DNA of 64,000 bases from Amoebophrya sp. A120 (lineage: Eukaryota > Protista > Dinoflagellata), in NCBI GenBank assembly GCA_905178155.1, contig CAJINV010000005.1, forward strand, positions 2,482,054-2,546,053, written 5' to 3'. The translations under genes and the position numbers were made by a program. Positions 63,379 through 64,000 of this stretch are shown here, piece by piece. Position 1 is the stretch's first letter; each line of letters starts with the position of its first letter. The notes under the pieces were generated by a model. That model had not been told where the DNA came from, searched no databases, and saw only the letters and a program-made list of their open reading frames with translations.

Positions 63379-64000
63379 GGAGCAGTGCACGCGAAAGAGG
63401 AACACGGTGGTGGAGATGCTGGTGGCACGTAAGTCGTTTGTTGTACTTAATGCAGGAGGGTGAGGAACACGGGGGCAGGAGCAGATGTGCTGATGATATG
63501 TAGGATAGTACCGCAACTTTCGGGCGGTTTAGCTACTTATTTTATGGTTTTTTGTGATTATTGGCGGGGCCTCCGCTTGAGAGCAGACTTTGTCTTTGCT
63601 TTCTGAAGATCCCCAATAGAGCAAGATCCAAATCAATGTATGATATCAATGCACTCCCATTGCTGGATTTAAATTTTATATGTCACGGTTTCCAAGAATA
63701 GCACCGCCTTTCAATAGCTGGACGCGAAAATAAGCCTAGAAGAAATGGGGACCTTGCACATACTCGGCAAAGAAAGGGAACACGAAGTAGGCTGTCAGGC
63801 GAGGGTGACGAGAGTGGAGTAGAACGAGCTTTTTTTACAGAAGCAAGAAAAATTATTAAAGCTGCCTTCCGCTACTTCCCTGGTAGCGACCTGTAGTTGA
63901 AGCTGCGTCGTCAGACCTCTTCGAAAAGCGAGAGGGGCACTGAGGTGCAATGTTTTGGATATGCGAGTGATGAAGAGCTTGAACTACTTTTAGCCCCGGC

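Noticed and set aside
1-64000. Autonomous transposase, rRNA, tRNA or snRNA genes
   Set aside because: None recognised by eye; a covariance-model search would be needed to exclude small RNAs.

Overview
Eukaryotic genomic DNA, most likely from an Amoebophrya-like parasitic dinoflagellate (Syndiniales). This is inferred from all genes lying on the + strand and from the abundance of non-canonical, inverted-repeat-bounded introns. I rebuilt ten intron-containing genes by hand: (1) a 5'-truncated MyTH4-domain protein; (2) a ~6,400-aa protein with three sacsin-type GHKL repeats, a BTB-like domain and a PARP domain; (3) a 2OG-Fe(II) dioxygenase; (4) a membrane-anchored PARP-domain protein; (5) mitochondrial citrate synthase; (6-10) a tandem array of five secreted Cys/Trp-rich paralogs, one carrying two discoidin/F-type-lectin-like domains. 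About 35 introns are MITE-like 'introner' elements with TA(T)...(A)TA ends, terminal inverted repeats (TIRs) and a 5-bp target-site duplication (TSD). Removing the element plus 5 nt restores the reading frame. Conserved residues fix the splice register at 1 nt before the left TIR and 4 nt after the right TIR, regardless of GT-AG. One family occurs in both orientations, unrelated families share an internal TGT(C/G/A)ATGC motif, and older copies appear to drift toward GT-AG. Introners of this general kind are already described in Amoebophrya, so any novelty lies in these mechanistic details and in the intron-poor sacsin-PARP/dioxygenase/PARP block. All splice models are inferred from DNA only.
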